From NCBI GenBank assembly GCA_035352895.1, contig DAOPYN010000017.1:1-64000 (forward strand): a DNA stretch of 64,000 bases, in the 5' to 3' direction. The position numbers and the translations under genes are program-made. This DNA is from Fibrobacteria bacterium. Its GTDB lineage: Bacteria > Fibrobacterota > Fibrobacteria > UBA5070. This document shows positions 38,592 to 49,329 of the stretch, one piece after another; the stretch's first letter is position 1, and each line of letters starts with the position of its first letter. Below the pieces are notes generated by a model. The model was not told the DNA's origin, did not search any database, and saw only the letters and a program-made list of their open reading frames with translations.

Positions 38592-40649
38592 ATGGCCAAG
38601 CCCTTCTACGTCACCACGCCCATCTACTACGTCAACGACGTCCCCCATATCGGACACGCCTACACCTCCGTCCTGGCCGACGTCCTGGCCCGGTGGCACC
38701 GTCTGCTGGGCGACGAGGTCTTCTTCCTGACCGGCACCGACGAGCACGGCCAGAAGGTCCAGGAGGCCGCGGCCAAGGCCGGTCGCACCCCGCAGGAACA
38801 CGTGGACCTCACCAGCCAGCGGTTCCGCGAGATGGGAAAGCTCCTGGGTCTGACCAACGACCGTTTCATCCGCACCACGGATGGCGACCACACCACCTAC
38901 GTGCAGAAGGTCCTGCAGGAGCTGTGGGACAAGGGCGAGATCTACAAGTCGGCCTACAAGGGCCTCTACAACGTGCGCGACGAGCGGTTCTATTCGGAGT
39001 CCGACATCCGCGAAGGCCGCGGACCGGGGCCGGACGAGGTTGTGGAAGAGGTGGAGGAGGTCAACTACTTCTTCCGGATGTCCCGCTACCAGGAACGCCT
39101 GGTGGCCCACATCCACGAGAATCCCGCCTGGATCGTGCCGGAGTACCGGAAAAACGAGGTGCTGGGCTTCCTGCGCCAGCCCCTGGGCGACCTGTGCATC
39201 AGCCGTCCCAAGACGCGCCTGTCCTGGGGAATCGAGCTTCCCTTCGACCGCGACTTCGTGACCTACGTCTGGTTCGATGCCCTGCTCAACTACGTGACCG
39301 GCGTGCTTCCTTCCAAGCGCGGGGATGGATCCGCCTGGTGGCCGGCCAGCGTGCACTTGATTGGAAAGGACATCCTGACCACCCACAGCGTGTATTGGCC
39401 TTCCATGCTCATGGGAGCGGGAATCGATCTGCCCAAGCAGATCCTGGCGCACGGCTGGTGGATGGCCGACGGTCAGAAAATGTCAAAGTCGCTAGGCAAC
39501 GTGGTGGACCCCTTCGAGGTGGCCCGCAAGTACGAATCCGTGGGCGGCGTGGAAGCCTTCCGGTTCTTCTTGATGCGCGAGATGGTGGTGGGCCAGGACA
39601 GTTCGTTCTCCGACGCAGGCATGGTGAAGGTGGTCAATGGCGACCTCGCCAACGACATCGGCAACATCGTCTCCCGCATCCGCAAGCAGGTGGCCACCCA
39701 GTTCGAAGGGAAGATCCCGGCTCTGCCCTCGTCGCTTTCCGATCTGTCGCGGGGCCTGCGCGACAAGGCCGTCTCGGTGATCTCCGAGGTGGAAAACCTC
39801 ATGCGCCTGTTCCGCGTGAGTTTCGCTCTGGAAGAGGCGATGTCGCTGGCGCGCGCCATCAACAGCTACCTGGAGGCCACCGCCCCCTGGAAGCTCGCCA
39901 AGGACCCGGCCAAGCTCCAGGAACTGGCCGAAGTCCTCGCCGTTTCCTCCGAAGCCTTGCGGATCCTGCTGGTGCTGGTGTCGCCGGTGATCCCCAACAA
40001 GGCATCCGAGGCCCTCTCGCTCATGGGCGAATCCGCGGTGGCGGGCAAGCTCGCGTGGGGTCTTCTTCCGGCCGGGCGCCCCTTCGCCGACGGCCCCGTG
40101 TTGTTCCCCCGTCTGGAAGTGAAGAAGCCTGAGCCCAAGGCGGCACCCGCACCGGCGCCCAAAGCCCAACCGGTCAAGGATCCGTTCGAGGCCGTGGACT
40201 TCCGCATCGCGAAGATTGTCTCCGCCGAAGACCATCCTTCCGCCGAAAAACTCCTGGTGCTGCAACTGGATGTGGGGGAATTGGGTCCCCGTCAGGTCTG
40301 CGCGGGCATCAAGGCGTATTTCCCGGCCGCAAGCCTTCCGGGCCGCAAGGTGCTTCTGGTGGCCAACCTGAAGAAGGCCAAGCTCCGCGGGGTGGAATCC
40401 ATGGGCATGATCCTGGCCGCCGACAATGCGGACGGCACGGTGCACCTCCTGGAGCCCCAGGGGGAAGCCGGCGCTTTCGCCACGGTGGAAGGACTGGACC
40501 ACATTCCCGGTGCCAACATCGGCATCGAGGCCGTGGATCCGGTGAAACTGGTGGTGCGCGCAGGCAGGCTGCACTACGGCCAGAAGCCGGTTTCCGCCGG
40601 TGGACAGCCCGTGAATTGCTCGGCAGAAGACGAAGCTTCGGTGCATTGA
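38592..40649 (+). CDS. metG: Methionyl-tRNA synthetase with C-terminal EMAP/tRNA-binding domain
   Basis: HIGH motif (PHIGHAYT), KMSKS, anticodon-binding domain, C-terminal OB-fold (VDFRIAKIVSAEDHP). Confidence 0.95.
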   Translation: MAKPFYVTTPIYYVNDVPHIGHAYTSVLADVLARWHRLLGDEVFFLTGTDEHGQKVQEAAAKAGRTPQEHVDLTSQRFREMGKLLGLTNDRFIRTTDGDHTTYVQKVLQELWDKGEIYKSAYKGLYNVRDERFYSESDIREGRGPGPDEVVEEVEEVNYFFRMSRYQERLVAHIHENPAWIVPEYRKNEVLGFLRQPLGDLCISRPKTRLSWGIELPFDRDFVTYVWFDALLNYVTGVLPSKRGDGSAWWPASVHLIGKDILTTHSVYWPSMLMGAGIDLPKQILAHGWWMADGQKMSKSLGNVVDPFEVARKYESVGGVEAFRFFLMREMVVGQDSSFSDAGMVKVVNGDLANDIGNIVSRIRKQVATQFEGKIPALPSSLSDLSRGLRDKAVSVISEVENLMRLFRVSFALEEAMSLARAINSYLEATAPWKLAKDPAKLQELAEVLAVSSEALRILLVLVSPVIPNKASEALSLMGESAVAGKLAWGLLPAGRPFADGPVLFPRLEVKKPEPKAAPAPAPKAQPVKDPFEAVDFRIAKIVSAEDHPSAEKLLVLQLDVGELGPRQVCAGIKAYFPAASLPGRKVLLVANLKKAKLRGVESMGMILAADNADGTVHLLEPQGEAGAFATVEGLDHIPGANIGIEAVDPVKLVVRAGRLHYGQKPVSAGGQPVNCSAEDEASVH

Positions 40650-40703
40650 ACCACCCCGCAGCAATGCTGCGGGGAATCGGACCCCACGAGATTGAGCTAG
40701 TAT

Positions 40704-42401
40704 TTGGTGACTATGCAAGACGAAGATCTCCAGTTGGATGCCGCCCAAGAACCGGTGGCCCAGGACTCCCAGACCGACTCCCAAGCCGACGCCGTCGCCT
40801 CGCTCCAGGTGGACGACACCTCCGAGGACACCGCCGGTTTCGATCCTGCTGCCCTCGCCCAGGAAACCCAGGACACCCTGGCACAGGCCGACGACGATGT
40901 CGAGGACATCGTCGAGCCGGACCCGCCGCTGCCCGATTTCACCTTCGAGCAGGCCTCCGATACCATGAAGGAAGCCGTGGCCAAGCAAGGCTGGACCGCA
41001 CCCATGCTGGTGCAGCGCAAGGCCATCCCGTACCTGTTGGCCGGCCAGGACCTGATCACCCAATCCCGGACGGGATCCGGCAAGACCGGCGCCTTCATGA
41101 TCCCACTGGTGGAGATCTGCGAGATCAGCCACCCCGAACCCCAAGCCCTGATCCTGGTCCCCACCCGCGAGCTGGCTCTCCAAGTGGCCCGCGAGGCGGA
41201 ACTGATCGGTGCATCCAAAGGGGTGAGGTCGGTGGTGGTCTACGGCGGCGTGGGCTACGAGAAGCAGATCGAAGGCCTGCGCGACGCCCACATCGTGATC
41301 GGCACTCCCGGACGCGTGATCGACATGATCCAGAAGGGGCACTTCAAGCTGCGCTCGGTGCGCGACCTGGTCATGGACGAGGCGGACGAAATGCTTTCGA
41401 TGGGGTTCTACCCCGACATGGCACGCATCCGCCAGATGCTCCCCAAGGACCGTTGCACCTACATGTTCTCGGCGACCATCACCGAGAACGTGAAGCACTT
41501 GGCCAGGGAATTCCTGCGCAATCCCAAGTTCCTGTCGCTTTCCCAGAAGAAGCGCGCGGTGGACGCCATCAGCCACCGCTACGTGGTGGTGGACAAGCTC
41601 GCCAAGGACAAGGCCGTGTTCGAAATCCTTGAACACGACCATCCGGAAATGGCGTTCATCTTCTGCAACACCAAGCGCGACGTGGCGTACCTGTCCGACT
41701 ACCTGCGCTCGTGGGGACTCTCCGCCGAGCCCTTCTCCGGCGACATGAGCCAGCAGGCCCGCGAAAAGGTGATGAACCGCTTCCGCAAGCGCGAGACCCG
41801 GTATTTGGTCACCACGGACGTCGCCGCCCGCGGCATCGACATCTCGGACATCCCCTGCGTGATCCAGTACGAGCTCCCCATGGAGCCCGACGTCTACGTG
41901 CACCGCGCCGGCCGCACCGCCCGTGCGGGCAAGTCCGGCGTGGCTTGGACCGTGGCCTCCGAGCTGGAAGAGCTTGGCGTCAAGGCCATTGGCCGGCGCT
42001 TCGACATCCGCTTCGAGAAGGTCCCCGCCGCCAAGGCGGAATCCGCCGGGGCCATCCTCCTGGAGCGCTGCGTCGGCCTGCTCGAGCGCTCCGACCGCGA
42101 CTCCAGCCGCGCCGTCCGCCGCGGTGCGGAGAAACTGGAAAAGCTCCTTCCCGAGCTTCTGGAATCGGAATCCACCCGCATGGGCCTGGCGTTGCTCCTG
42201 TCCAAAGCCTACCGCGAGGAATTCTACGGCCAGAAGGACGCCTCGCTCACCGGCCAGGAGATGGCCAAGATCGGCGTGGAAGAGGAAGGCGAAGAACGCC
42301 ACCACGGTGGAGGCGGACGCCACCATGGAGGTGGCTCGCACGGTGGACGTTCCGGTGGCGGTGGCAAGTTCGGCGGAGGCGGGGGACGCCGCAGACGCTG
42401 A
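40704..42401 (+). CDS. DEAD-box ATP-dependent RNA helicase with Gly/Arg-rich C-terminal tail
   Basis: Q-motif, Walker A GSGKTGAF, DEAD, SAT, HRAGRTARAG; C-terminal HHGGGGRHHGGGSHGGRSGGGGKFGGGGGRRRR. Confidence 0.9.
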   Translation: MVTMQDEDLQLDAAQEPVAQDSQTDSQADAVASLQVDDTSEDTAGFDPAALAQETQDTLAQADDDVEDIVEPDPPLPDFTFEQASDTMKEAVAKQGWTAPMLVQRKAIPYLLAGQDLITQSRTGSGKTGAFMIPLVEICEISHPEPQALILVPTRELALQVAREAELIGASKGVRSVVVYGGVGYEKQIEGLRDAHIVIGTPGRVIDMIQKGHFKLRSVRDLVMDEADEMLSMGFYPDMARIRQMLPKDRCTYMFSATITENVKHLAREFLRNPKFLSLSQKKRAVDAISHRYVVVDKLAKDKAVFEILEHDHPEMAFIFCNTKRDVAYLSDYLRSWGLSAEPFSGDMSQQAREKVMNRFRKRETRYLVTTDVAARGIDISDIPCVIQYELPMEPDVYVHRAGRTARAGKSGVAWTVASELEELGVKAIGRRFDIRFEKVPAAKAESAGAILLERCVGLLERSDRDSSRAVRRGAEKLEKLLPELLESESTRMGLALLLSKAYREEFYGQKDASLTGQEMAKIGVEEEGEERHHGGGGRHHGGGSHGGRSGGGGKFGGGGGRRRR

Positions 42402-42408
42402 AAGAGAA

Positions 42409-42438
42409 AGCCTCTCCGAACGGAGAGGCTTTTTTTTA
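42409..42438 (+). terminator. Rho-independent terminator, likely bidirectional (convergent helicase / glycosyltransferase genes)
   Basis: aagcctctccg-aac-ggagaggctt followed by T8. The stop codon of the minus-strand gene sits inside the T-tract, and the minus-strand view shows a hairpin plus UUCUCUUU. Confidence 0.8.
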
Positions 42439-43524
42439 TCCCCGGCGCCGAAGACCTTCCGCCAATCCTGCCCGGGTAGCCTCCAGATAGGCACGTCCCC
42501 ATTGCTGGCAAGGCTCCAGATGGTTTCCCTCTGCCCATTCGTTCCATGCATTCACGAAGACCAGATCATCGTCCCCGCGCAAGGGCGACTTGGCCACCGT
42601 GGCGGCAAGCCACTCCCGATAGGCCTCGGGAGTGGATCCGAGGAAGATGGTCGCACCCTTCCTGCGGCGGGCGGAATTGTCCCACATGGGAGTCACGCAA
42701 GGATACAAGGTCCACCCAGGAGAGGGCCGGTCGAGGGCATCGCGAACCAACTGGGGATAGGACCAGATGCCATGGTCCATCCAGACCCGGGAAGCCAGCC
42801 CCCAATGCATGAGCTGGCGCCTCCAAAAGGAGCGTCGCAGGGGACGACCAAGCAACGTGCGGTCGGGTTGGAACTCGACGGCCGCATCGAAGTAGGAGGG
42901 CAGACTGGCGTGCTCGTCGGGGAAGCTCTCCACGCGGACCAGATGCACTCCCGGCAATCCGGCCTTGCAAGCCTCTTCGCGGAGGATCTCGGCGAACCGC
43001 CCGCAACCTTCGATCCTGGAGGCGCGGTAGATCAGGAACACGGGCTTGCCTCCGACCCGCAGCCAGCGCGGGTCCGCGAAGGCACCCACCAGCCAGCGGG
43101 AATGCGCCCGGAAATCTTCATCGTCCGTCCGCTGCGCAAGGAGGATTTCCGTTTCCCCTCCATCCCAGGCCCGCGTCCAGTTCTCGTTGGCCCAACAGAG
43201 GCAGAAGGGCATGTCCGGCTTGCCGGAGTCCAGGATCTCCTGGAAGGGACGTTCCAGAAGCCTCTTCCCACCGAACCAGTAGTGGTAGAAGCAGAACGCG
43301 TGGACCCCGTATTCACCGGCCAGGTCGGCCTGGGCCTGCCGCGCCTCGGGCAGACGCAGATCGTAGAAACCAAGATCCGCGGGAAGGTGCGGCTGCTGGT
43401 GCCCGTCGAACAGGGGACGAGCCCGGGTCACGTTGGTCCATTCGGTGAAGCCCTTGCCCCACCAGGCGTCGTTCTCGGCGATGGGATGGTACTGCGGCAG
43501 GTGGAACGCGACGATCCTTGTCAT
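42436..43524 (-). CDS. WbsX-like glycosyltransferase (GH99-like fold; polysaccharide biosynthesis)
   Basis: The pattern IVAFHLPQYHPIAENDAWWGKGFTEWTNV...FCFYHYWF is characteristic of the WbsX family; ATGA coupling to the upstream gene. Confidence 0.65.
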   Translation of the reverse strand: MTRIVAFHLPQYHPIAENDAWWGKGFTEWTNVTRARPLFDGHQQPHLPADLGFYDLRLPEARQAQADLAGEYGVHAFCFYHYWFGGKRLLERPFQEILDSGKPDMPFCLCWANENWTRAWDGGETEILLAQRTDDEDFRAHSRWLVGAFADPRWLRVGGKPVFLIYRASRIEGCGRFAEILREEACKAGLPGVHLVRVESFPDEHASLPSYFDAAVEFQPDRTLLGRPLRRSFWRRQLMHWGLASRVWMDHGIWSYPQLVRDALDRPSPGWTLYPCVTPMWDNSARRRKGATIFLGSTPEAYREWLAATVAKSPLRGDDDLVFVNAWNEWAEGNHLEPCQQWGRAYLEATRAGLAEGLRRRG

Positions 43525-45014
43525 CTGGCGTCTCCGAGATGCCGGATGCGACGCGCGGGAACCCCTCCGACGATCTCGCCGGGCGCCACATCGCGGACCA
43601 CCACGGCATTCGCCCCGACCACAGCTCCCTTCCCGACACGGACGCCGGAAAGGATGCAGGCTCCTTCCCCGATCCACACGTCGTCCTCGATCAGGACTGG
43701 CCCCCGAGAGTGGAGTGGACAATCCCTGGCAGGAGTCTGGAGCATCGAAGGCCCCATATCTCCATGGGAGTGGTCGGTGATCAGCGCGTTCGCGCCGACG
43801 ATCACGTTGTTTCCGATTTCGATGCGGTCGATGGCCCCGACGTGGACACCGTTGTTGAGGGCCACATGGTCACCGATCAATATGACCGGCCGGTAGGTGG
43901 CGCCCTGGTAGTGGTCCCATGCTTCCAACCGCACGTCGGCGCAGGCCCAGAAATCCCGACCGATGCGGATGTGTTCTCCTCCAACCACATGCCAGGGATG
44001 CTTCACGCTCCCCCCCGGACCGAGGCTGGCGAGCACTGTCCGCAAGGCATCGTGCGCGGCCCTGTCCATCCGCTTTCGCAGGGCGAGATAGCGCTTGGCG
44101 CGCAGTCTCCGGGAAAGGTTCTCCAACCGCAAGGGACGGATCCATCGGCGCAACAGGGCGGGAAGCAGGGTCTTCCGGAACACGGGACGCCACCAGGAAG
44201 TCTTCCAGAGATGCCCCAGGCCATTCAAAGTCAGAGGCATGTCGCGCACCACCAGGAGCCCCACGGTCTGGAGGTTCTCCTCGAAGACCTTTTCCACGGT
44301 CTCGCGGGAGAACCCGGTACGGCGGCAATCGGCAAGCAGGTCCAAGAAATTCCTTGTGAAGACCTGCAGTCCATCGTAGCCACCGGAGTTCCCTCCACGG
44401 CAGATGGCGATCGGCTTGGTGGCAACAAGTCCGCGGTTGTGGGCATCCACCGTATGGATGCAGATCGATGCGGGAACGAGGTTGGTTCCGATCCTCGATT
44501 CGATGAATGGGAGGTCCACCGCATCCTTGCGCACCACGATCCCGGTGGCGGCGGTGAAATACAGCGAGACCTTCCGCAGGAAAGCATCCGCATCGAGGTC
44601 TTCCCAGTCCGCTCCGACCGGTTCTGAACGGTATCCACTGCAGAAGACGTCCTGCCAGTCCTGGCTGGCGAAGAGGAAGGGAGGCTCGCCGTGCTCCTCG
44701 ATCCCCCGGATGATGGATTCCAGCGCGTCGGAAACCGGCAGATCGTCGTCGCAGAGGATCCAGACGTAGCGACCGAGCCCGGCGGAAAGGCACGCGATCA
44801 TGTTCCGATCCGATCCGATGTTCGTCGGATGCCGCACATGCTTGACCCGCCCACCGAAACACGCCACCACATCGGGAGTCGCATCCGGAGATGCATTGTC
44901 CAGGACGACGCATTCGACGCGTTCGTCCAACTGCGGGACCAGCTTCTCCAGGGTTTCCCGGAGGTGCCGCGCCCTGTTGTAGGTGGGAATGGCTACGGTG
45001 AGGATCGGATCCAT
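43521..45014 (-). CDS. Bifunctional family-2 glycosyltransferase / left-handed-beta-helix (hexapeptide) acetyltransferase fusion
   Basis: N-terminal GT2 (LTVAIPTYNRARHL..DNASPD..ILCDDD) and C-terminal hexapeptide repeats (IGDHVALNNGVHVGAI..IGNNVIVGANALI..IGEGACILSGVRVGKGAVVGANAVV) lie in one uninterrupted frame. Confidence 0.7.
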   Translation of the reverse strand: MDPILTVAIPTYNRARHLRETLEKLVPQLDERVECVVLDNASPDATPDVVACFGGRVKHVRHPTNIGSDRNMIACLSAGLGRYVWILCDDDLPVSDALESIIRGIEEHGEPPFLFASQDWQDVFCSGYRSEPVGADWEDLDADAFLRKVSLYFTAATGIVVRKDAVDLPFIESRIGTNLVPASICIHTVDAHNRGLVATKPIAICRGGNSGGYDGLQVFTRNFLDLLADCRRTGFSRETVEKVFEENLQTVGLLVVRDMPLTLNGLGHLWKTSWWRPVFRKTLLPALLRRWIRPLRLENLSRRLRAKRYLALRKRMDRAAHDALRTVLASLGPGGSVKHPWHVVGGEHIRIGRDFWACADVRLEAWDHYQGATYRPVILIGDHVALNNGVHVGAIDRIEIGNNVIVGANALITDHSHGDMGPSMLQTPARDCPLHSRGPVLIEDDVWIGEGACILSGVRVGKGAVVGANAVVVRDVAPGEIVGGVPARRIRHLGDAR

Positions 45015-45015
45015 T

Positions 45016-46296
45016 TCAGTCTGCGAGCTGAACCAAGCGGGTCTTCCAGGCCAGCCGTGGACGCACCTGCCCCCACCAGTCGCCGGTGAATTCGCCTCGC
45101 ATCGACCCGGAGTCGTGTCCAAGGAACGAAATCGCCTCGGGGACGTTCACTTCGATCCGGGAAACGTCCGTCACGAGGAATGCACTGACCAGATATTGCT
45201 TGTCATTGAGGAAATCGGGAGGCAATGTGCAACGCGAAACGTATACACCCTTGGCGTGGGGAGCGGTACCGATGGGATCCTCTCCCAGGATCGCCGATGG
45301 GCTGTTTCCGGAGGCGAGGATCACCCCGGCTCCGGCGTCCAGGAGATGGATGCTCACACCGGCGTTCACTCCATCCCGGAGGACCTCGTATTCGATCTCC
45401 ACATGGATCGCACGACCGATGTCCACGGCGCTTGCGGTTTCGCCGTCCGAAATGACCCTGATGGCGAGCAACCGGACGTTCTCCCCTGCGGGAGCCTCCT
45501 CCGGCGACCAGACCCGTTCGTCCGCAGCGGCTCCTGCAAGCTGCAAATACCTCTGGGTAGCGAGTTCCACGGAACCATCGAAATCCACACCACCTCGATC
45601 GAGGACCACGCCGCGCTTGCACAGCGAGGCCACGCTGGACATGTTGTGGGAAACGAACACCACCGTGCGTCCGTTCTTGGAAACCGCGTCCATCTTGCCC
45701 AGGCATTTGCGCTGGAACTGGGCATCTCCGACGGCGAGAACCTCGTCCACGAGAAGGATTTCCGTCTCGAGGTGAGCCGCAACGGCGAAGGCCAACCGCA
45801 TGTACATGCCGCTCGAATAGCGCTTCACCGGAGTGTCGACGAATGCCCCGACATTGGCGAATTCGACGATCTCGTCGAATTTCGCGCGTACTTCCGCGCG
45901 GGACATCCCGAGGATGGCGCCGGAAAGGAAGATGTTCTCGCGACCGGACAGATCCTGATGGAACCCTGTCCCGACTTCGAGGAGGGATCCGATGCGTCCG
46001 CGCAGGATGGCCTCTCCGGAGGTGGGGCGCACGATGCGGGAGAGGGTCTTGAGGAGGGTGGACTTCCCGGCACCGTTGCGACCGACCAACCCCACGCTCT
46101 CGCCGGGTTGGATGGTGAGGGAAATGTCCCGAAGTCCCCAAAAATCCTTGTACTGGTCCTTGGGCAGCCTCCCCTTGGCGAGACTCCTCAGCCAATGGCC
46201 GATCTCGTCGCCAAGATCGGAGCCGAATTTTCCCTGCGCGCTTTGCCGGATCCGGTACCGCTTGGAGAGGTTTTGGAGTTCGATGGCTGGCAGCAT
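45016..46296 (-). CDS. wzt: Polysaccharide ABC transporter ATP-binding protein with C-terminal carbohydrate-binding domain (Wzt-like)
   Basis: Walker A GRNGAGKST, signature YSSGM, Walker B LLVDE; about 180-aa C-terminal beta-rich extension as in O-antigen Wzt; ATGA overlap with wzm. Confidence 0.85.
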   Translation of the reverse strand: MLPAIELQNLSKRYRIRQSAQGKFGSDLGDEIGHWLRSLAKGRLPKDQYKDFWGLRDISLTIQPGESVGLVGRNGAGKSTLLKTLSRIVRPTSGEAILRGRIGSLLEVGTGFHQDLSGRENIFLSGAILGMSRAEVRAKFDEIVEFANVGAFVDTPVKRYSSGMYMRLAFAVAAHLETEILLVDEVLAVGDAQFQRKCLGKMDAVSKNGRTVVFVSHNMSSVASLCKRGVVLDRGGVDFDGSVELATQRYLQLAGAAADERVWSPEEAPAGENVRLLAIRVISDGETASAVDIGRAIHVEIEYEVLRDGVNAGVSIHLLDAGAGVILASGNSPSAILGEDPIGTAPHAKGVYVSRCTLPPDFLNDKQYLVSAFLVTDVSRIEVNVPEAISFLGHDSGSMRGEFTGDWWGQVRPRLAWKTRLVQLAD

Positions 46297-47129
46297 CAGA
46301 TGTAATCCGCGAAATCCTTTTCCACCCGCCGGAAGACCCATGCGCCGAAAAGGAAGATGACGACCGACCCGATCAGGGAGGTCCAGACGGACCACAGGGG
46401 AGGAAGGGCGGAACCGGTCAAGGCATGCCGGAACAGGAGGACCGGAGCGCTCATGGGATTGGCCAGAAGCGGCCCCACCCACGGCGCGGGGACCACCTCC
46501 AGGGGATAGGCGACCGGAGTCGCCCAGATCCAGGCCTGGACAAGAAACGGCGCGATCTGGCGAAGGTCCCTGAATCGGATGTTCAGGGAGGAAAACAGCA
46601 TCCCCATCCCACCCGCCATCAGGAGAGTCGGAACCAAAGCCACCGGGATCCACAGGAGTCCGACTCCCGCCAGGCCCAACGCCATGCAGATGGGAGCGAG
46701 GATGACCAACGAGACGACGAAGTCGGCAAGGACGGAAACCGTCGCCGACAGGGGCAGCAGGAGTCGAGGGAAGTAGACCTTGGTGATCAACCGCTCGTCC
46801 TGGATGAGGCTCGCGCTGCCGCGTTCCATCCCCTGCGAGAACACCGTCCAGATCACGATCCCGGAAAGCACGAACAACGGATAGGGAACCCCCTGGGTGG
46901 GCACCTTCACGAACACCCCGAACACGAGCCAGTAGAGGAGACCGGTCATCCCCGGCTGCAGGAGCATCCACACCATCCCGAAGAACGTCTGGGCGTACCG
47001 GATGTTGATCTGCCTCCAGACCAGGACGGAGAACAAGCCACGAGCGGCCCACAGGTCCACCAGGCTTTGGAGCACGGGAGGATCGGCCGCACCGATCCTC
47101 ACTTCACGAATGGCACCGGAGGAGCTCAT
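46296..47129 (-). CDS. wzm: ABC-2 polysaccharide export permease (Wzm-like)
   Basis: 6 TM helices; ABC-2 signature region; directly coupled to the ATPase gene. Confidence 0.85.
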   Translation of the reverse strand: MSSSGAIREVRIGAADPPVLQSLVDLWAARGLFSVLVWRQINIRYAQTFFGMVWMLLQPGMTGLLYWLVFGVFVKVPTQGVPYPLFVLSGIVIWTVFSQGMERGSASLIQDERLITKVYFPRLLLPLSATVSVLADFVVSLVILAPICMALGLAGVGLLWIPVALVPTLLMAGGMGMLFSSLNIRFRDLRQIAPFLVQAWIWATPVAYPLEVVPAPWVGPLLANPMSAPVLLFRHALTGSALPPLWSVWTSLIGSVVIFLFGAWVFRRVEKDFADYI

Positions 47130-47195
47130 CGGGAAACCGCGGCGTTGAGGGTGTCGTGGATGATGGTCGATGGCATGAAGTCCGGCAAAGATAGC

Positions 47196-49187
47196 TCAGG
47201 GATCCTGCCAACCCTGCCTGCGTCGGGCCTCGAGCAAAAGCGCCCGGAGTTCTTCCTTCGCACGGGACGTGGAGAATGTTTCCTCCAGGAGTTTCCTGGC
47301 CTCCTGGGCGACGAGACTCCAAGCATGGGAATCCGTGTAGAGTTCGATGGTCGCCTGGGCGAAGGTTTCCGCGTCGTCGGCGATACGGGCGCTCCGGCGA
47401 TCCTCCAGGCCCATTCCCTCGGCCCCGATCCGAGTTGTCACCACCGGAAGACCCGCCGCCATGGCCGAATTGATCTTCCCCTTCACCCCGGCCCCGAATC
47501 GAAGCGGCACCACCATCAGCCGCACGGAATCCAGGATCGGATCCAGCTCCTGGACATATCCGACCACTTCCACCGCATCGGAAGCCAGGGCCTGCACCTC
47601 GGGAACCATGTTGCTGCCCACCACCAGGAGACGGACTTCGGGCAGCCGTTTGCGCACCAGCGGAAGAACTTCCGTGGCGAAGAAGGAGACGGCGTCGATG
47701 TTGGGATTGTGCTTGAAGCTTCCCAGGAACAGGAGATGCTCGCGGCCTTCGAACGGCTTGATCCGCGAAGGGACTTCCATGATGTTCGAAAGGATGCGGA
47801 TCTTCGCGCCCGCGGATGCCTCCCGGAGCAAGGGGAGTTCCGCGGCGCTCACCACCCAGGTGAGATCCGCCAGGCGGGCGCCCTCGCATTCCATTTTCCG
47901 GTAGGACTGCGCGAGTCGATGGATTCGGGCACTGCCGGACACTTCGAATTCGCGCCCCAAGCGCAGGAAATGGAGATCTACCGTGTCGTAGACGAGGAGC
48001 GCCCTCGAAGCGCGCTGCCTGACGGCCTTCCAATGGCGCGTGAACACCCTGGGTCGGCTGAGGACCACCACATCCAACTCAGAACCGTGTCGGCGCAGGT
48101 ATTCCGGCAGGGACCGCGAAGCGGGAGACCGCACGACTTCGATTCCCTCGCGCTCCAGCTCCCGCCAACGATCCGGCGTCCCCAGCGATCCGTCCAGCGC
48201 GAAGAAACGCACGTCGAATCCCGCCTCGCGGGCCGACCGCAGGAGACCCACCACCCGGACCGAACCGGAATCGAAGTCCGGTCGCGGGAATTGGCTGTCG
48301 ACGAAGAGGAACACCGGTCGAGGACGACGCACCGACGCCAGTTGCAATGAGGAACGAGGCGGTGCGTGATCGCGATCGAGAACCTCCGCCCAGCGTTCGC
48401 GGAACTTGGTCCGGTTCACCGCCTGGAATCGTTTGGTTCCCGTGGATTCGTCCGTGCCGGAACTGATCCCCTCGTGGTGGATCACCACGCTGGCAGGCTG
48501 CACATAGACCGTCTTCCCCGCCTGCCGGACACGGAAGGCGAGATCGGAATCCTCGTAGTAGGCGGGCGCGAAGTGGCTGTCGAAACCACCAAGTTCCCGG
48601 AACAATCCGGTGGGAAGGCAGATCGAGGCTCCGGAACAGTAGTCGACTTCGCGAAGATGGCAGAACTGGTGGTGATCGGGATTTCCCAGACGACCGTGGT
48701 TGCGAGCGGATCCGTCGCGCCAGACGATTCCTCCGCATTCCTGCAGCTTCCCGTTGGGATAGACGAGCTTGGAGCCGACCAATCCCGCATCGGGTCGGAT
48801 GCGGAAGGTCCCGACGAGCTCGTCCAGCCATCCCGGCTGCACCTCGGTGTCGTTGTTCAGGAAGACCAGGAATTGCCCCCGCGAGACCGCGGCCCCGGCG
48901 TTGGATGCGCCGATGAACCCCAGGTTGGTCGGATTCCGAAACAGATGCACTCCGTGCACCCATTCCAGCTCCCGCGGTGTCCCTCCCGGAGTACAATCGT
49001 CCACCACCACCACTTCGAAGGAAATCCGTGTCCGATGGCCGGCCAGGGATTCCATGCATCTCAGGGTGATCGCACCATGACCGTAGACGGGAACCACGAT
49101 GGAGACGAGAGGGTCGTCCACGACGGCGAACCGGAGCGGATTCCTCGCGGAGGTCCGCTGCTGCCCCTCCCCTTCCGAGTTCCCCAT
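47196..49187 (-). CDS. Two-domain glycosyltransferase (N-terminal GT2, C-terminal GT4)
   Basis: GT2: VSIVVPVYGHG...VVVDDCT...DSD; the C-terminal GT-B region carries the E-x7-E-like motif (EGMGLE); the ORF extends to 49331 with alternative starts. Confidence 0.7.
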   Translation of the reverse strand: MGNSEGEGQQRTSARNPLRFAVVDDPLVSIVVPVYGHGAITLRCMESLAGHRTRISFEVVVVDDCTPGGTPRELEWVHGVHLFRNPTNLGFIGASNAGAAVSRGQFLVFLNNDTEVQPGWLDELVGTFRIRPDAGLVGSKLVYPNGKLQECGGIVWRDGSARNHGRLGNPDHHQFCHLREVDYCSGASICLPTGLFRELGGFDSHFAPAYYEDSDLAFRVRQAGKTVYVQPASVVIHHEGISSGTDESTGTKRFQAVNRTKFRERWAEVLDRDHAPPRSSLQLASVRRPRPVFLFVDSQFPRPDFDSGSVRVVGLLRSAREAGFDVRFFALDGSLGTPDRWRELEREGIEVVRSPASRSLPEYLRRHGSELDVVVLSRPRVFTRHWKAVRQRASRALLVYDTVDLHFLRLGREFEVSGSARIHRLAQSYRKMECEGARLADLTWVVSAAELPLLREASAGAKIRILSNIMEVPSRIKPFEGREHLLFLGSFKHNPNIDAVSFFATEVLPLVRKRLPEVRLLVVGSNMVPEVQALASDAVEVVGYVQELDPILDSVRLMVVPLRFGAGVKGKINSAMAAGLPVVTTRIGAEGMGLEDRRSARIADDAETFAQATIELYTDSHAWSLVAQEARKLLEETFSTSRAKEELRALLLEARRRQGWQDP

Positions 49188-49329
49188 CAGCCTTCGGACC
49201 CGACGCCACAATGCCTTTCTCACGGCGGCAAAGATAGCTCGCTGGTCGCTTGGACTATTTTTCCTTTCCTTGGACCGAGAACGGAACGGCAATCCCGGGA
49301 GCACGCCCTCCCCGCTGGTTGAGGCTTGC